A stretch of DNA of 63,672 nucleotides, counting the filler, from Sluysia triapertura (taxonomy: Eukaryota), in assembly GCA_046118255.1 (NCBI GenBank). It is 5 parts of 5 records of this genome, joined end to end, with 100 filler letters (N's around TTAATTAATTAA, not from the genome) between each part and the next. Parts side by side here need not be neighbours in the genome. Positions count along the whole stretch, not along the records: positions 25,440 to 36,844 come from JBJNIA010185101.1; positions 36,945 to 49,040 come from JBJNIA010140170.1; 3 more parts are not named here. One strand, 5' to 3'. Of this stretch, positions 25,440 to 38,624 are shown piece by piece; position 1 is the first letter of the stretch; each line of letters begins with the position of its first letter. Below the pieces are notes generated by a model. It worked only from the letters and a program-made list of their open reading frames with translations, was not told where the DNA came from and made no database searches. The position numbers and the translations under genes are program-made.

Positions 25440-28400
25440 AAATTATTAAATATTTTACAAATAAAAACAAAATGTCATTATTTTAAATTAAGAAATTAAA
25501 ATTCAGAGAAAATACATCTGAAAATAAAATTTTACTTTGAAGAAAAATATTAGCTTAATTGACTTAAATAAAATAATTATTTAGTTTATTGTACGAGAAT
25601 AAGATTAGTTGATTATATAAATAGACAAAAAATAAAAGTAAAATAGAATAATCAATAAATAAAGAGTGTACAATCTTTCCACAAGAAAATCTTAGTTATT
25701 TGGTGGAATAATCATACTTGATATAGATAATCCTAATTATTGTTTTTATTTTCTACTGTTCATAGATAATCGATTGAATAATTACGCTGTCCGACATTTT
25801 TTTCTCGATCCAGTAAGTTTATACTTAATAAGTTCATTTTTCCTTACGGAAGATATAAATTCCGACTTAAACTACAAAACTTTTACGCGCTCTTAAGCTA
25901 TTTACACTAGCCTATTTAAAATGGCTGTTTGAAAAGTTTTTAAAACAACATTTTATTTCTAACAATGAAGATTTTTTATGTTGTCTTGACTAGAATTCAG
26001 TGCCAAAAGTGTGTCTCGATTATTGTTAATGTGAATTTGTGAACGAAATTACATTTGTCCACAAATTTTCTGTTTTTAAAACTCAAAAAATCTGGAGTAC
26101 ACTGTACACTCAGTCTACATTATTTATACTACATAAATAAGTAGTATAAGTACTAAGTACTAAGCCTATTTGATTTATTTATTTTTTAATGATTGAGGCA
26201 TATGTCCTATTATTATCATTGTTATTATTATTTTATTAATAATAATAATATTATAATTATTTTGTTTAATAATTAAAAAAAATATTATGTTTTTAAATAA
26301 TTAAGAAATTAACGATTAATGTGTTTAAATTTATTTGTTTTATTGTTTTAATTATCAAGGTCAGAATAACCCAGTATAAAAGCTGGTGTGTTTTGATCAT
26401 CTTTACACAAGTTATTTACAAATTTTCACACAATTTGTAGATAATTCAAATTTTGAGAAGTTTCCTTCAACAATTTAATTTATTAATAATCGTTAGTTTT
26501 TGTTATTTAAGATCAGCAATATTTTAGAACCGCCAAGTAAAATATAGGAAAAATTTCTTTTATAAATATTTAAGTTAACACAGAAAAATAACTTTTTAAA
26601 TTTGATTAAGGAGATTATAATCTGAGTAAAATAATTATATTTTGATTGATAAAATTTTATATTAATACAAATTATTTAATAGTGTTTACGTTTTTTCTTT
26701 CAAAAAATATATTAAATTTCTTAAAAGTTTTTAAAGTTTTTTGGTTCAATTTAAGAACCAGTGTAAAATCATTAAACTATGGGTTCTTTTTACGAACCAA
26801 AGTAAAATCTTATTAAATTCTCAGTTCATTTTTAAGAATTAATAGAAGCATTATCATCCCTTTTAAAATTTAAATAAATTATTAGAAACAAAGAAAATAA
26901 AAGGAAAGGAAATCTTACATCCATAAAAGTTAAGAAACTTATTTTAAATCCAATGGCTAGCCCTAATCGGTAAGACTAGTACGTTGGTGAACTCACGTAT
27001 TCTTGCTTATTAAGTAATACAAAATCTAGCAACATTAATATTATTATTTTTATTATTTAACCGTTAATTTTAGATTTAATAACTAATTTAGTCTTGACGT
27101 TCTTAAAACACCAACCGATATTCTTTTTGTACTTCATAATAGAAGTTAATATGTAAACTTATGCAGTATTAAGATTACTTTTGCCATATTTAACAGAAAA
27201 GATACGCTATAATAAATCGAAGGGAAACAATTACAAATACATTTAATTACGATAGAGATAACGACAATGTTATGGTAGAATAATTTATGATCTTTTTATT
27301 AATAGTAACATTAACTATGTTTATATATTATATAATTAATTATGTATTAATTGACGATATTTACAGTAATTGACGGCTTGTAAAATTAATAGAGATAATA
27401 TTGGTATCCTAAATAAATAAGTCATTAAATAAATATAATTTAATAATTCTTGTGAAGTAATTATTATTGAAATTATTTAATTATAATATTATTTTGGTAA
27501 TAATTAAAATTAATAAATTTTATATATTATTTGGGTTTCGTTCATCATGTTGTCAAAACGATAAGTGCAAACGTTAAATTTTCTGGTTTCAAAAGAAGCT
27601 TATAATACATAATTATAAATATTACACATTGCAATACTTGTGTAACTTTTTAAATGTCGATTATTTTAGCTATATACAAAACTAGATTAAATGTACCACT
27701 TTTAATGTAATGGAAAATGAGAAAAACATGCATGTTATACTACAAAATGCCTCAATTATTCATATATTCGTATTCGAATGTATCATATTGGTGAAATTAT
27801 CCTAAAGATGTTCACTTCATGCCATTTATTTTAATTCAATCTAAAATGAATGGAAACATGTACTAGTTATTTGTAATTATATTTATTAAGAATATCATTT
27901 AGAGACATTTGTTGATGTAACATAAAGTAATATATAATTATTTCTTTAAAAATGCATTTCATATGAAGGTTCTTCGTTCTTCTTCCACTATCATCATCAT
28001 GGTTGGTATTAGAATAACATATGAGGGCATATTTAAAGATAGATTTGGTAAAATTAGCCTTATATGATCATTCACATTGTAAAGTACATTAATCTATTTG
28101 AAATTTTTATTGTGCTTGAGTCATCTATAAATGATAAATGATATAGTAAAAAAAATAACTTGTAAATGTGAAGGAAAAAATGTTACCCTCCTTCTTGCTC
28201 AAGTCGTAGCTCTTAAGAAAAGAACTGTATAAAACTTAGCATTTATCAAATAAATTGAAATTAATATTGGTATTATGAATTATAACTAAATTAGAAAAAT
28301 CTATACGCGTTCACGTAATGAAACTAATTCTTTAAAAACTTACTTCGGTACAACTAAGTCAACTTGTTTCTTAAGTTGTACCAACTATAGCCTAATATCT

Positions 28401-29094
28401 GTATTGCTAACTTTCAGAAAGTATGTTCGTAATGTAAAACTATTTTCAACTTTATACATTTGAATTTGGTCTATTTCATCTGTTTTTTTTAAATTTTCGA
28501 AATGTTACTAGAATTATGTACGAATTATAACCTATAAACTTACTTGATGAGAAAATTTACAACGTGGCTTGCTTACGGTAAATAGTAATATGTCATACAA
28601 CTTAGCCCACTCAGATGTATATTTAATTGACGACGTATATGCTGTTGTCGCCGTAGTTTGTGCAAAATGCATGGGGTACGACACGTTTTAAATATTAATT
28701 ATATAAAGTTCAGTCAAGGTAAACCGAAACAGTTTCTATGCAAGTTAAAAGTTTATTTATTGGTTAGTTTCGCAAGTGGTAAATATAGAGTCACTGGTTG
28801 TAGGAAACCAAATTTCAACTATAAGTGAACCAATAAGAATTCAAATTTACTACACATAGTTGTATGCGATCACTTTTTCTAGGCAACACAATAAAATATT
28901 GCATAACTTTATGTCAGTGTTTTTTGTTGGTGGTACAGTTATTGTGGTTAGAATTAAAAACATAATTCGCTGAAGTGGTAGAAAATAATTAAAAATGGCT
29001 TGGTATTTTACTTCTAATTGGATAATTGCGTACTTTTTTAGTTTAATTATAAGATCGTTTTAAATGTTATACACTGCGATACCTCCTCCAATAT

Positions 29095-29331
29095 ATGAGC
29101 ATGCTACAAGAAATAATCCTCTCATTGATCGTAATTCTTTTTGTTTCACTTGTGATCAATTTTTTATCTACTTCTTCGTTGTTGCTCGCCCTTGTATGCA
29201 TTGTTTTCATTTTCGATACCTCTATTTCCTTTTTGATTCCTTGCATATGTTGGGATTGCCCAACTGTAGATCAGAAGACGAGTGAGAAACATGTAGAACT
29301 ATTAAATGAAGGAAAAACTGATACAATTTGA
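29095..29331 (+). CDS. small hydrophobic ORF (78 aa, two possible TM segments) at the start of repeat family B
   Basis: ATG-initiated; hydrophobic N-terminal half then CICWDC; decayed counterpart near 20210-20290. Confidence 0.25.
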   Translation: MSMLQEIILSLIVILFVSLVINFLSTSSLLLALVCIVFIFDTSISFLIPCICWDCPTVDQKTSEKHVELLNEGKTDTI

Positions 29332-29947
29332 TGGATTAAATATGGTAAACATTGTTGAAATAAGAATCATTAAAAAAACATTTATAATGATCTTAACAGC
29401 TAAAGAATATCTTAAGGTTCCAAAGACCTATATAAGGGTTTGAGACCCTATGGAAGTTTGAGATGGACTCGAAAAATCTTTAGAAACATTACGTTACCTT
29501 TGAACTTTAGAACCTTTAGATCATTTAAGACTTAGTAACCTTTAAGTATCTTGAAACATAGATGAGCATTTAAGATCCTTTAGTAATCTTATAAAAAGTT
29601 TAAAAAATTGTTGAGAAATAAAATCACTGTTATTGGTATTAAGAATAAATCTAGGATAGTAATGATTAACATGAAGAAGTAAAAAAAAGGAATCAGAGAG
29701 GTGAAGGTGAAAACATCTAGAACCTCCTGAATGCCTTATAAACTACTGAAAACTTTGGAACCTCAATAAAACCTTTAAACATAAAATAAGATTAAGTCCA
29801 TAAATAGATTTGTTAATTAAAAATTTTAATTAAATTAATTAAGAATAACTTTTAAATGCGGAATGCTATGTTAAATTTGAAACTGAGTATGCATTTGTTT
29901 TGAAAAGACCTTTCGATGCAGGTATGGTTTGATCGAGTTCATGCAAG

Positions 29948-30281
29948 TGTTGGGGTAAAAGGCCTAAAGGACCATTTGGTAAAATTGACTATAATAAAAT
30001 AAATTTGTTAGACGGAGCTTCGAACTGCGCAGCTAGAGTTCCCGAGTTCGATCCCCGGTCAGTTCATTTTATGAAGTCTAACATTTGGTGAGCCCACATA
30101 TTGAATGACTTGGTTGAATTGGGTGAGATATGTTGGGGTAGAAGGCCTAAAGGGCCATTTGGTAAAATTGAAATAAATAAATTTGTCAGATGGGTCTGAT
30201 AGCTCAATGGTAGAGCATTCAAACTGCGCAGCGATGGTCCCGGGTTCGACCCCTGGTCAGTCCATTTTACGAATTCTAACA
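29948..30281 (+). mobile_element. full-length TRIM (miniature LTR retrotransposon) with tRNA-containing LTRs
   Basis: LTR1 29948-30083 and LTR2 30131-30281, both TGTTGG...CTAACA; 47-bp interior with PBS TGGTGAGCCCAC (30086) and purine-rich GGGTGAGATA before LTR2; TSD CAAG (29944-29947, 30282-30285). Confidence 0.9.
30193..30264 (+). ncRNA. tRNA-Ala-like Pol III unit inside LTR2
   Basis: A box TAGCTCAATGG, B box GGTTCGACCC, 72-nt cloverleaf spacing, followed by TTTT; anticodon stem unpaired. Confidence 0.7.
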
Positions 30282-30987
30282 CAAGGAAAGCCTTAATATT
30301 GAACAAAGTCAAAACTTAATTAATTTTTATTTATGGAATGTTGAATTTTTAATATGTAGAGCGATGCAAATGTGATGAATGGAATATGATATGATTTCTA
30401 AGAAAGAAGAGAATATGTAAGTGAGTTTGAAATGTTTGTAAAATTGTTCGCTTGATAATAAGAACATTATAACATTTTTCATTAGAAAATTTGGTGTGAA
30501 AATCGAAAATCAATTAAATTCATTATTTTTATGTATGTTAATAGTATTAGTCATTTTTATTTTAATGTGAGAATTAATTTAAGTAAAAATAGACTGAGTA
30601 GAGTAAAAGGAAGTGATGGTTAATAATAAATCAGATTTCTATGTTTTGTACTTAATAAAGTCTGACAGACCGTACCATGTAGTTGTCAGAGTTGTTATTG
30701 TTGGTCTGATCCTCAAAGAGGTTTGGATGATTAGTGTGAGTCTATGTTTGGTTCTGAGATTGTGAATTGGTTGGATGATGAGAGAGTATAAAATAAAGAT
30801 GTCAAAACTTTTAACAATAACAAGATAACAACAATGACAATGATGATGATAGATATGAAAATCCATGAGTAAGGTAAAGTTTTTAATTTTTATTTATTTA
30901 TTTATTATTTTATTAAAATAATGTAAGTAATTAATCTTATTTCAGTTTGAATAATTTTAATATTGTCTTTTAGTTAATTTTTTAATC

Positions 30988-31175
30988 TATTTTTAAGGTG
31001 AGTTGATAAGAAATTTCCTGCGCAATTTTTGTTAAGACTATATTTGATTTTTAGTTATTTTTAAGGTAATTAATTGAAGAAAAGTTTACGTAATTTTTGT
31101 TGACGATTATATTTAAATTATAATTGATTTTCAGCTATTTTTAAGGTGAATTGAATAGAAACTCCCTACGCAATT
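30988..31175. repeat. degenerate tandem repeat, 3 units
   Basis: TATTTTTAAGGT(G/A)A.TT...AGAAA...CG(C/T)AATTT recurs three times. Confidence 0.65.
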
Positions 31176-31698
31176 TAATTTATCAAAATACTAAGTGTTT
31201 CATCTCTAGAAATTACTGTTAAGTTTTTCCTTAAAGTTATTGTTACCAAAGAATTTTAATGTAATCCTAATCACTCTTTGTTGACCAAAAATATTTAAAT
31301 AACACAATTACTATTAACTTTCTAGATATTGATATTGTTAATGGCAGTTGCATCACTCCTGGTTGCATTGTCTTAATTAGTTTGTAATATCTTTGATTTT
31401 ATTATAAACGCTATTGTTATTTTTGTCGTTTTAGTTTATCTCAGTATTTAATAAAGATTCTTATTGATAATAAATTATATTACGATTTTTCGTTTAATAG
31501 TACATTATTGTCTTAGTTTTGATTTGATTTTCAAGAACTTAGATTTGGGATAATAGTTATTAATATTATAAAAGAAGATTACTGCAAAAATAGATATGAT
31601 ATAATGACTATTTAAGATTATTAAGGTTCCTTTAAGCTAATCAAGTTAATACTGAGTCGTAATAGCTAATAATTTTAAAGACGCAACATCATTATTAT

Positions 31699-31805
31699 TG
31701 TTAGACTTCGTAAAATGGATTGACTGGGGATCAGTCCCGTCTAACAGTTTTATTTTATTATTGTCAATTTTACCAAATGGCACCTTAGGCTTGTTTACCC
31801 CAACA
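31699..31805 (-). mobile_element. solo LTR of the tRNA-TRIM, internally deleted
   Basis: TGTTAGAC...CCCCAACA with TSD TTAT (in an ATT-rich tract); most of the tRNA part deleted at an ATC microhomology; absent from the family B copy near 21950. Confidence 0.85.
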
Positions 31806-32169
31806 TTATTATTATTATTAGTAGTAGTATTATTAAAATTAAAATAATTTTTATTTTTACATCTTAAAATCAATTCTTTTAAAAAATCTCTAATTCTTTA
31901 TCCAAATTATTTTCAAAAATTATTTTCAAGGTCGTCAAAAAATTATATAAATAAGACCTTTGACAATTAACAGGAACACACAAAAATACTTTATTTTGAA
32001 ATATTGAAGTTTTTCAAATATAAATTAGATCACTTGTAAACTATTCTCGTCGGATTTTGTTTACTCTTGGATTTGAAGCTGCTCACATATATCTAAAAAC
32101 TACAGTTTATTCGTTGGTTTAATTTCTTTAAGATCTTCTTGTTTAATCTAAGATAATAAATTATCATGT

Positions 32170-32440
32170 AAAATCTTTCTTAAAATTAACAACCCTTTTT
32201 AATAGGTGTTGTAAACTTTATAAATTTCAAAAATTTATTATAATAAGATTATATATTAATCGTACAAATTTGTATTATATTTGTTATATCATTTTTATTT
32301 GAATATACATTGATTTTTAAATTTTTTTATTGTATACGAAATAAGGTCTATCGATTTTACTCGGTTGAAAAGACACTTAATTTCAGTTTAATTGTAAAAA
32401 GTTTATTAAGGTACTGTTTTTTCAATGCGGTTGTAAAATA
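32170..32440 (+). repeat. interspersed repeat, inverted homologue at ~46920-47170
   Basis: ATAAGG....CGATTTTACTCGGTTG shared; ACAACCCTTTT...GGTGTTG also matches the reverse complement of the tandem units at ~51600-51720. Confidence 0.7.
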
Positions 32441-33687
32441 CCACTCAGCATATAATTTATTAAAGTTGTTAATATAATTTATTAAAATTGCTAATCCTGT
32501 GAAGAAAAGGGAAGATATAAAAAATTATTTAAAAGTATTGTCAAGAATTTCTACACAAAAGAATCTTTTAAATTTAACTCACCGCAGACACGATTTTTAT
32601 TAGCAAGAATACATTGGTTTCTACTTTAATATTTGCATATACCTCCGATTAAATTCTTCTTGATTGCTACTTACCACTTAGCCCTTAAGTGAGTAAGACT
32701 AAAATTGTAAGGGATAAAATCTTTAAAAATATTTCAATAAAAAATTTACAAATTTAGTACTTAATTAATTATTTATGAATTTTATTATGGCGAATAACAT
32801 AACTCAGCATTTATTATTTTTTAATTATTTTTAACATATTTTTCACGCATCGAAGATTATATTTTTATTGATCTTGATGCGTTTTGCCTTTTTTGACATA
32901 AAGAAAGAAAATTTTCTAAAAATTTTAAAAGAAAAATAATTCATAATGTAATGCATGTTAGAATCTTTTCCGAAATCCAGTTAGATAATGAATCTTCACC
33001 GAATTCATTCATTTCTTACAGAGGTAAAGCCAAATAAATGACCGTGTGAAATCTAAATTATCAACTGCTATTATGAAAATAGCTTTTTGTAAGCATCTTA
33101 TAACCAAAAGAATGCATCGAAATTATGTTAAAATGGGTACATAATTTTTAACCGTTTAAAATGTAAACGAAGTAAATCGGAGAGATAATTTGAGGTCGAC
33201 GAAAACTGTTAGAAACTATACTAAAGTTTACTTAATCATTTAGGTTGATCTTCTATTTTTGTTCAGTTACTATTCAAAATTTATGTATAATTTAAAAATG
33301 CATTAATCGATTTCGAAGACATTAATAATTCTGCACTAATTAAAGTTATTCTAAATTTAAGAAATTTAGCTACACCAAAGTTATTATATGTTCTACTAAT
33401 GGTTTCTTAATTCAAGTTATTAGTTTATATGATATTTAAAAATCTAGTGATCGTTATGAAGATTTATATAAAATGTTTCGAATAGGTAAATAACTTAAAC
33501 ACATTGCAACAGCATTTAAATATAAAGATCAGCATAGGATTGCTCATGAGTATAAGAAAATTTTACGTAAAAATTATTTTCGCAATGCATCACAGTACAC
33601 AGAACCGTAGATGCCATTTTTAAGGTATATTATCAAGTTATTTTTAATTGTTATAATTTTGTTCGTCCAAGTGTTACAAAGTATTTT

Positions 33688-33842
33688 TATTAGACTTCAT
33701 AAAATTGACTGACCGGGGATCGAACACAGGGACCTGTCGCTGCGCAGTTCGATACTCTGCCACTGAGCTATCATCCCGTCTAACAATTTTAGATTATTAT
33801 CGTCCATTGCACCAAATGGCACTTTAGGCCTATATCTCACCG
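33688..33842 (-). mobile_element. solo LTR of the tRNA-TRIM, decayed ends
   Basis: TATTAGACTTCATAAAA...GACCGGGGATCGAAC...CACTGAGCTATC...TAGGCC; flanked by TTTT on both sides. Confidence 0.85.
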
Positions 33843-34839
33843 TTTTGATCCAATAAATTCAAATTTAAACAATGAATTTTGCACTAATCAACAAGTAAAA
33901 GCTAGGAAACCAATAAATGTTGCAAAACTGTACAATATTCCGGTTGAATAGAAAGGTTCAACCATTTTTATTATTGTTGACATAAGTAATAATTTTTCAT
34001 TACTTATTATTTATTTTATTTTTATAGGGTAACCCTCTAATGAATGTTCAGTGGCATCTTATGAAATTTGAAGTTTTATTATTAATAATTACATGCTTTA
34101 AGCATCGAAGTAGAATATTCTTAAATTTATATATACATTTTAAAAATTAAGTACATTAAGCGCATTAAGTGCGAACTTATAAAAATATTAAAATTTTTAA
34201 ATAAAAAATCCCAAAGTACCCATTATACAGTCATAAAGATTAGCTACAGGTTAACGCAACATAAACTTATATTGCGATTAAATTGCATGATTATTCCGAT
34301 ATGCTAACAGGATGAAAAAGTTCTTATTTTAACTAGCACTATGGCGGATAAATCAAATAATCAAAACACATTTTTGATCTTATTGTACTTTGGTTAGGAT
34401 CACAAATTATCATTTGTTATTGAGTTAAAGATATTGAATTAACATTTCATTTTAATTTTGTATAAAGTTTTGTTAATTAAAATTATATCAAAAAAATAAA
34501 ATATGTTGTTCTTTGACCGAAGGTGTCAATTTACTGATTTTACCCACAAATTTTCCCATGTTAATTATGAAATGTTATTGAGGCAGCCTTTAAATTATAA
34601 AATTTAACTCAAAATTAAATTAGATGAATTAACATATTAAATGAATTCAAGCAAAACTATCATGAAGATTATAATCGATCTTAAAGTTAAAGATTGAATA
34701 AATACTAATGGCAGAATGACTAATAAAGATAGATTAAATAGAAATCCAACGCTAATATATTTATTGATTCTCAAAATGAATAAAAGATTAACATTAAATG
34801 GAATATATAAAACATATACATTGTAGACATCAATATATA

Positions 34840-36565
34840 TTAAAGTTTTTTAGACATACTGTGTGGTATTGATACAGGTTGAAAATTTTCAATTCCAGCG
34901 TCAACGTCAGTTGTTTCAAGAGTAGATTGATGATGATGTTGTGTTATAGCTGCACTAGTTATTAGAGGAGGTGGCACTAAAGGTATATCAAGAGAATTTG
35001 ATTTAGTATGCTCTGTTTCAGTAAGTTTTAAATCTACCTCTGAAAACATAATTATAAAAGAATTTTAATTAATAATAAGTAACAAAGATAATCAGATCTT
35101 GATAATAATAGTCCCAGTTAACTATCAAATCTCGATGTCTTGTTTAATATATTTAAATAAATACTAATAAAATATTATTTACAAATATAAATTGAAAGTT
35201 TACAATTACAATTTTACATGAAAATGCATATTAAGGTTTATTGAAAACTAAGCTTATAGAATATGAATTGAACCACATTAACACCGTTTCTGATCGGATT
35301 AACACAAAATACCTTAAAATAGTTTATGTGATTTTGTTTTTGTACATGCAGAACGAAGATTAAGAAATATTATTAATTTTTGGCAACTCTTACACAAAAA
35401 AATAAATTAAATTACTTAATCTAATTTGTTTATCCTTTTTCGGTGGAGCTTTCATAGGTTTTCGTTGATCAAATTCTTGTTTTATTTCATTCCACAAAGA
35501 CTGGATCAATATAGAATCTTCAAAAATCTTAAATTAATAATATATAAATTAAGTAATATTTAATTTATAAGTTTATAATTATAATCACGACTTATAATTA
35601 TAAGTTTATTGCTTTTAATTATTATTCATATTAATATTATAAGAGATTTTAACCCTCATTAAATTGAAAGAAATTTTTTAAAAAATGATTTTTCTTGTAT
35701 TTTAAAATTTAATAAACATCCTTATAATCTTAAACTTACCAATTTTGTTGGCTTTACAATTAGGTACAATGTAGATTGTTTAGAATTTAAGTTTTCAAGA
35801 CGATACGATAAATATAATTACATTTTCCCCTCGCTAATTGTTGTAATCTCGAGTAAAAAATTTTAATTCTAATTTTCCTGTCGAAGAGAATCAGTATTTA
35901 TACTGATTCGGAACGAATAAAACCTCGCTCATCGTGGGAGAGAATATTTTCTCGTAATTATTATTTTTCACTTTTAATTTTTTAAATTTATTATTTACTT
36001 ACAAATGTAAGTAATAAATTATTATATTTTAGAATCATTAAATGTATTAATATTAATATAATACTATTATTATCGATATTACAACCTTTTAAACAAGTTG
36101 TGACATAAACCTAACAATAACCATATTTAGTTGTAAATGTATAAAAATGATATGCTCGTAAATTCTACTTAATTAAAGCATCATTGTTTCTTCTGTACCA
36201 AAATATATTAAATTTCTAAATTTTTCAAAGAATGTTCCGTGATAATTAATATTTATTATATTACCTCACAGAAGTAATACTGCAATAGAATTGTGATGAT
36301 TGAAAATGAATTTTTTATTTATAAATTCGTAAATTAAAATAAAGTAATTGCTCTAACCAAACTGCCATCCATATTATAAATTTGTGCATTTTTACAAAGC
36401 AAATTAATATCCATACTAAGTTCTTCTAAATCTTTGTATTTATTATCCTTTAATTTCTGTCTTATACGAACAAAATCCATAGGTTTGTTAATTATTTCAT
36501 AGTAATCTGGCAATTCGCGTTTTGTAGGTAATTTAACGAATGGTTCACAAATAATTCGTCCATCT
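34840..36565 (-). CDS. SMARCA4: Brahma / SMARCA2/4 SWI/SNF ATPase, last three exons (bromodomain and tail); 5' part off contig
   Basis: Exons 36565-36358 (DGRIICEPFVKLPTKRELPDYYEII.KPMDF...LLCKNAQIYNMDGSL), 35527-35416 (IFEDSILIQSLW) and 35039-34840 (to TAA); splice phases consistent; matches Brahma LLCQNAQTFNLEGSL|IYEDSIVLQSVF. Confidence 0.8.
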
Positions 36566-36770
36566 CTATATATAAATAATTATAAATGTACAATAAATTT
36601 TAAATTATTAATGTAAATTAATTCTTACGCACCTTAAATTAAACAGATCTAAACTTTTATCCAACTTTAAATTATATATACATTACTTTTAGTTCTTTAC
36701 GTAAATTATATTTAGTGTAATAATATGTTAACTTTATTAGCTTAAAATGGGCAATAGCGTAAATGATATA

Positions 36771-36781
36771 ATAATAATAAT

Positions 36782-36844
<63 letters not shown>
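36771..36844. repeat. (AAT)n microsatellite at contig end
   Basis: Visible directly; other (AAT)n tracts near 23900-23946, 38555-38623, 42400-42450 and 58640-58680. Confidence 0.95.
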
Positions 36845-36944
36845 NNNNNNNNNNNNNNNNNNNNNNNNNNNNNNNNNNNNNNNNNNNNTTAATTAATTAA
36901 NNNNNNNNNNNNNNNNNNNNNNNNNNNNNNNNNNNNNNNNNNNN
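36845..36944. other. artificial contig linker
   Basis: 44 N + TTAATTAATTAA + 44 N. Confidence 0.97.
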
Positions 36945-38576
36945 TATATATACTTCATAATATTTCAAGTATAAAATTTATAATATTATGTTTATAATAT
37001 CTTTTAAATTTCGGCTGTGAATTAAATATAATAATTTTAAATAGAACTGCCTAAAAATCGATTTAGAAGTATTTACATTTTAAATATCAAGCAATGTTAA
37101 TCATGTTGTGCATCACTTGTGTCAAATTTAATTGGTCATCGGTGTTTAATAATAATAATAATTATTATTATTATAATAAGTATGTAATGAATAAGTTAAG
37201 TACTTAAATAAGATATTTAAAAAATAAATAATTTAATTATTTTTAAATAAAATAAATGGCTACAGTAACTCTTAGAAGTATAACAATAAAAATTCTATAA
37301 ACCTATAATCAAAACAAAAATAACAATTTAATATTTAATAAAATACTAAATAAATTAAATCTCTCTACGTATTCAAAACACAAGAACCAACTAGAAATAT
37401 GACAAAAGGAACAATATTTCAAAATAAAAGAAAAATAAGAATGAAGAATAGAAAAGAGTTGCAAATTAAATTCAAGATACCATTTAAATGCAAATATATG
37501 AAATCAAGGCTCTTATAAACTTTGGTGAATGTAAATACAGAATTACAAACTGATGAATATGTCGACTATCTTACAGAAAAATTGTCCAGATAACGGCAAA
37601 AATGTATAGAATAGAATTATAGGTGTATATTTAATGACAGAGTAGAATTAGCTATGTGGTGAATTATGAAGAAAGATTTATTATAGAGAAATAATTATAG
37701 AATAGAAATGAGAAAATTATTCACTACGAAATAATATCATTATAAATAATATAAATTATGTATATTTATTTATATTTTTTTCCACTGAAATGTGGAAAAA
37801 AATATTAGGATAATTTAAGCAAGGAATTATGTATAGATAATATTTTTGATATATAAATTTCAATCAAATTAACTTAAACGTTTAATCATTGAATTGAGGA
37901 TAATTAATTCGAAGAAAAATAATTACATTATCAATTTTATCGAAAAAAATTGTTTTATTAATTTGTTCAAGTTCAAGTTTAATAATTTCGAATTTTTTTG
38001 TAATTAGTTTTTAAGCATATTTTTAGCCTTTTGTAATAAGTAAACATATATGTGTTTTCTTATTGAGATTTTGAAATTTTATTTGCAGTTTTGTCTTTAC
38101 AATCAAAGTTAGAAGCAGAACCTCACAAATAGAGATAATGTAGTGTGACAGTTTAAATAATTATAAAATTAAATAAGAAAGTAATAGTTAAAATTAACTT
38201 AAATTTAGTTCGAATTTTGTAAATTTTGGATTTCATAAATAAATTCCGAACTGAATAAGAGTCATTGATTGCTGCGAAACATAAATAAGTTTTATTATTA
38301 TTATTATTATTATTATTAATCAATAATTTATAATCAATAATCACATATTTTGTGCATTGTTTACCTTACTATTACCGTTTATTTAATTTGTTCGTTTGTG
38401 CGTATGGGTGCGTACCTTTTTCAAATTTGAATTAATTTGTGTTTAAGTTAGTATATGTAAATATTTTTGAAATTAATATTTTATATCTAATACAAAGATT
38501 GATTGATTTATTTTTCAATAAATAAATACAAATTTCCTGGACTTATTTCGACCTAATAATAATAATATTGATGATA

Positions 38577-38624
<48 letters not shown>

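Larger units (their letters stand above)
29250..31850 (+). repeat. repeat family B, copy 2 (carries the TRIM and a solo LTR)
   Basis: Colinear with 20210-21960 apart from the insertions. Confidence 0.9.

Noticed and set aside
29948-30281. Tandem pair of tRNA-SINEs
   Set aside because: The tRNA part is internal, ends are fixed inverted TG...CA, one TSD encloses both copies, and a PBS-like sequence lies between them.
30064-30312. ORFs over the LTR (also 31646-31873, 45991-46215, 45999-46247)
   Set aside because: Chance frames through the GC-richer tRNA-like repeat; shared peptides only reflect the repeat.
36358-36565. Polybromo-1 bromodomain
   Set aside because: A single terminal bromodomain followed by IFEDSILIQS and a short tail fits Brahma/SMARCA2/4 better.
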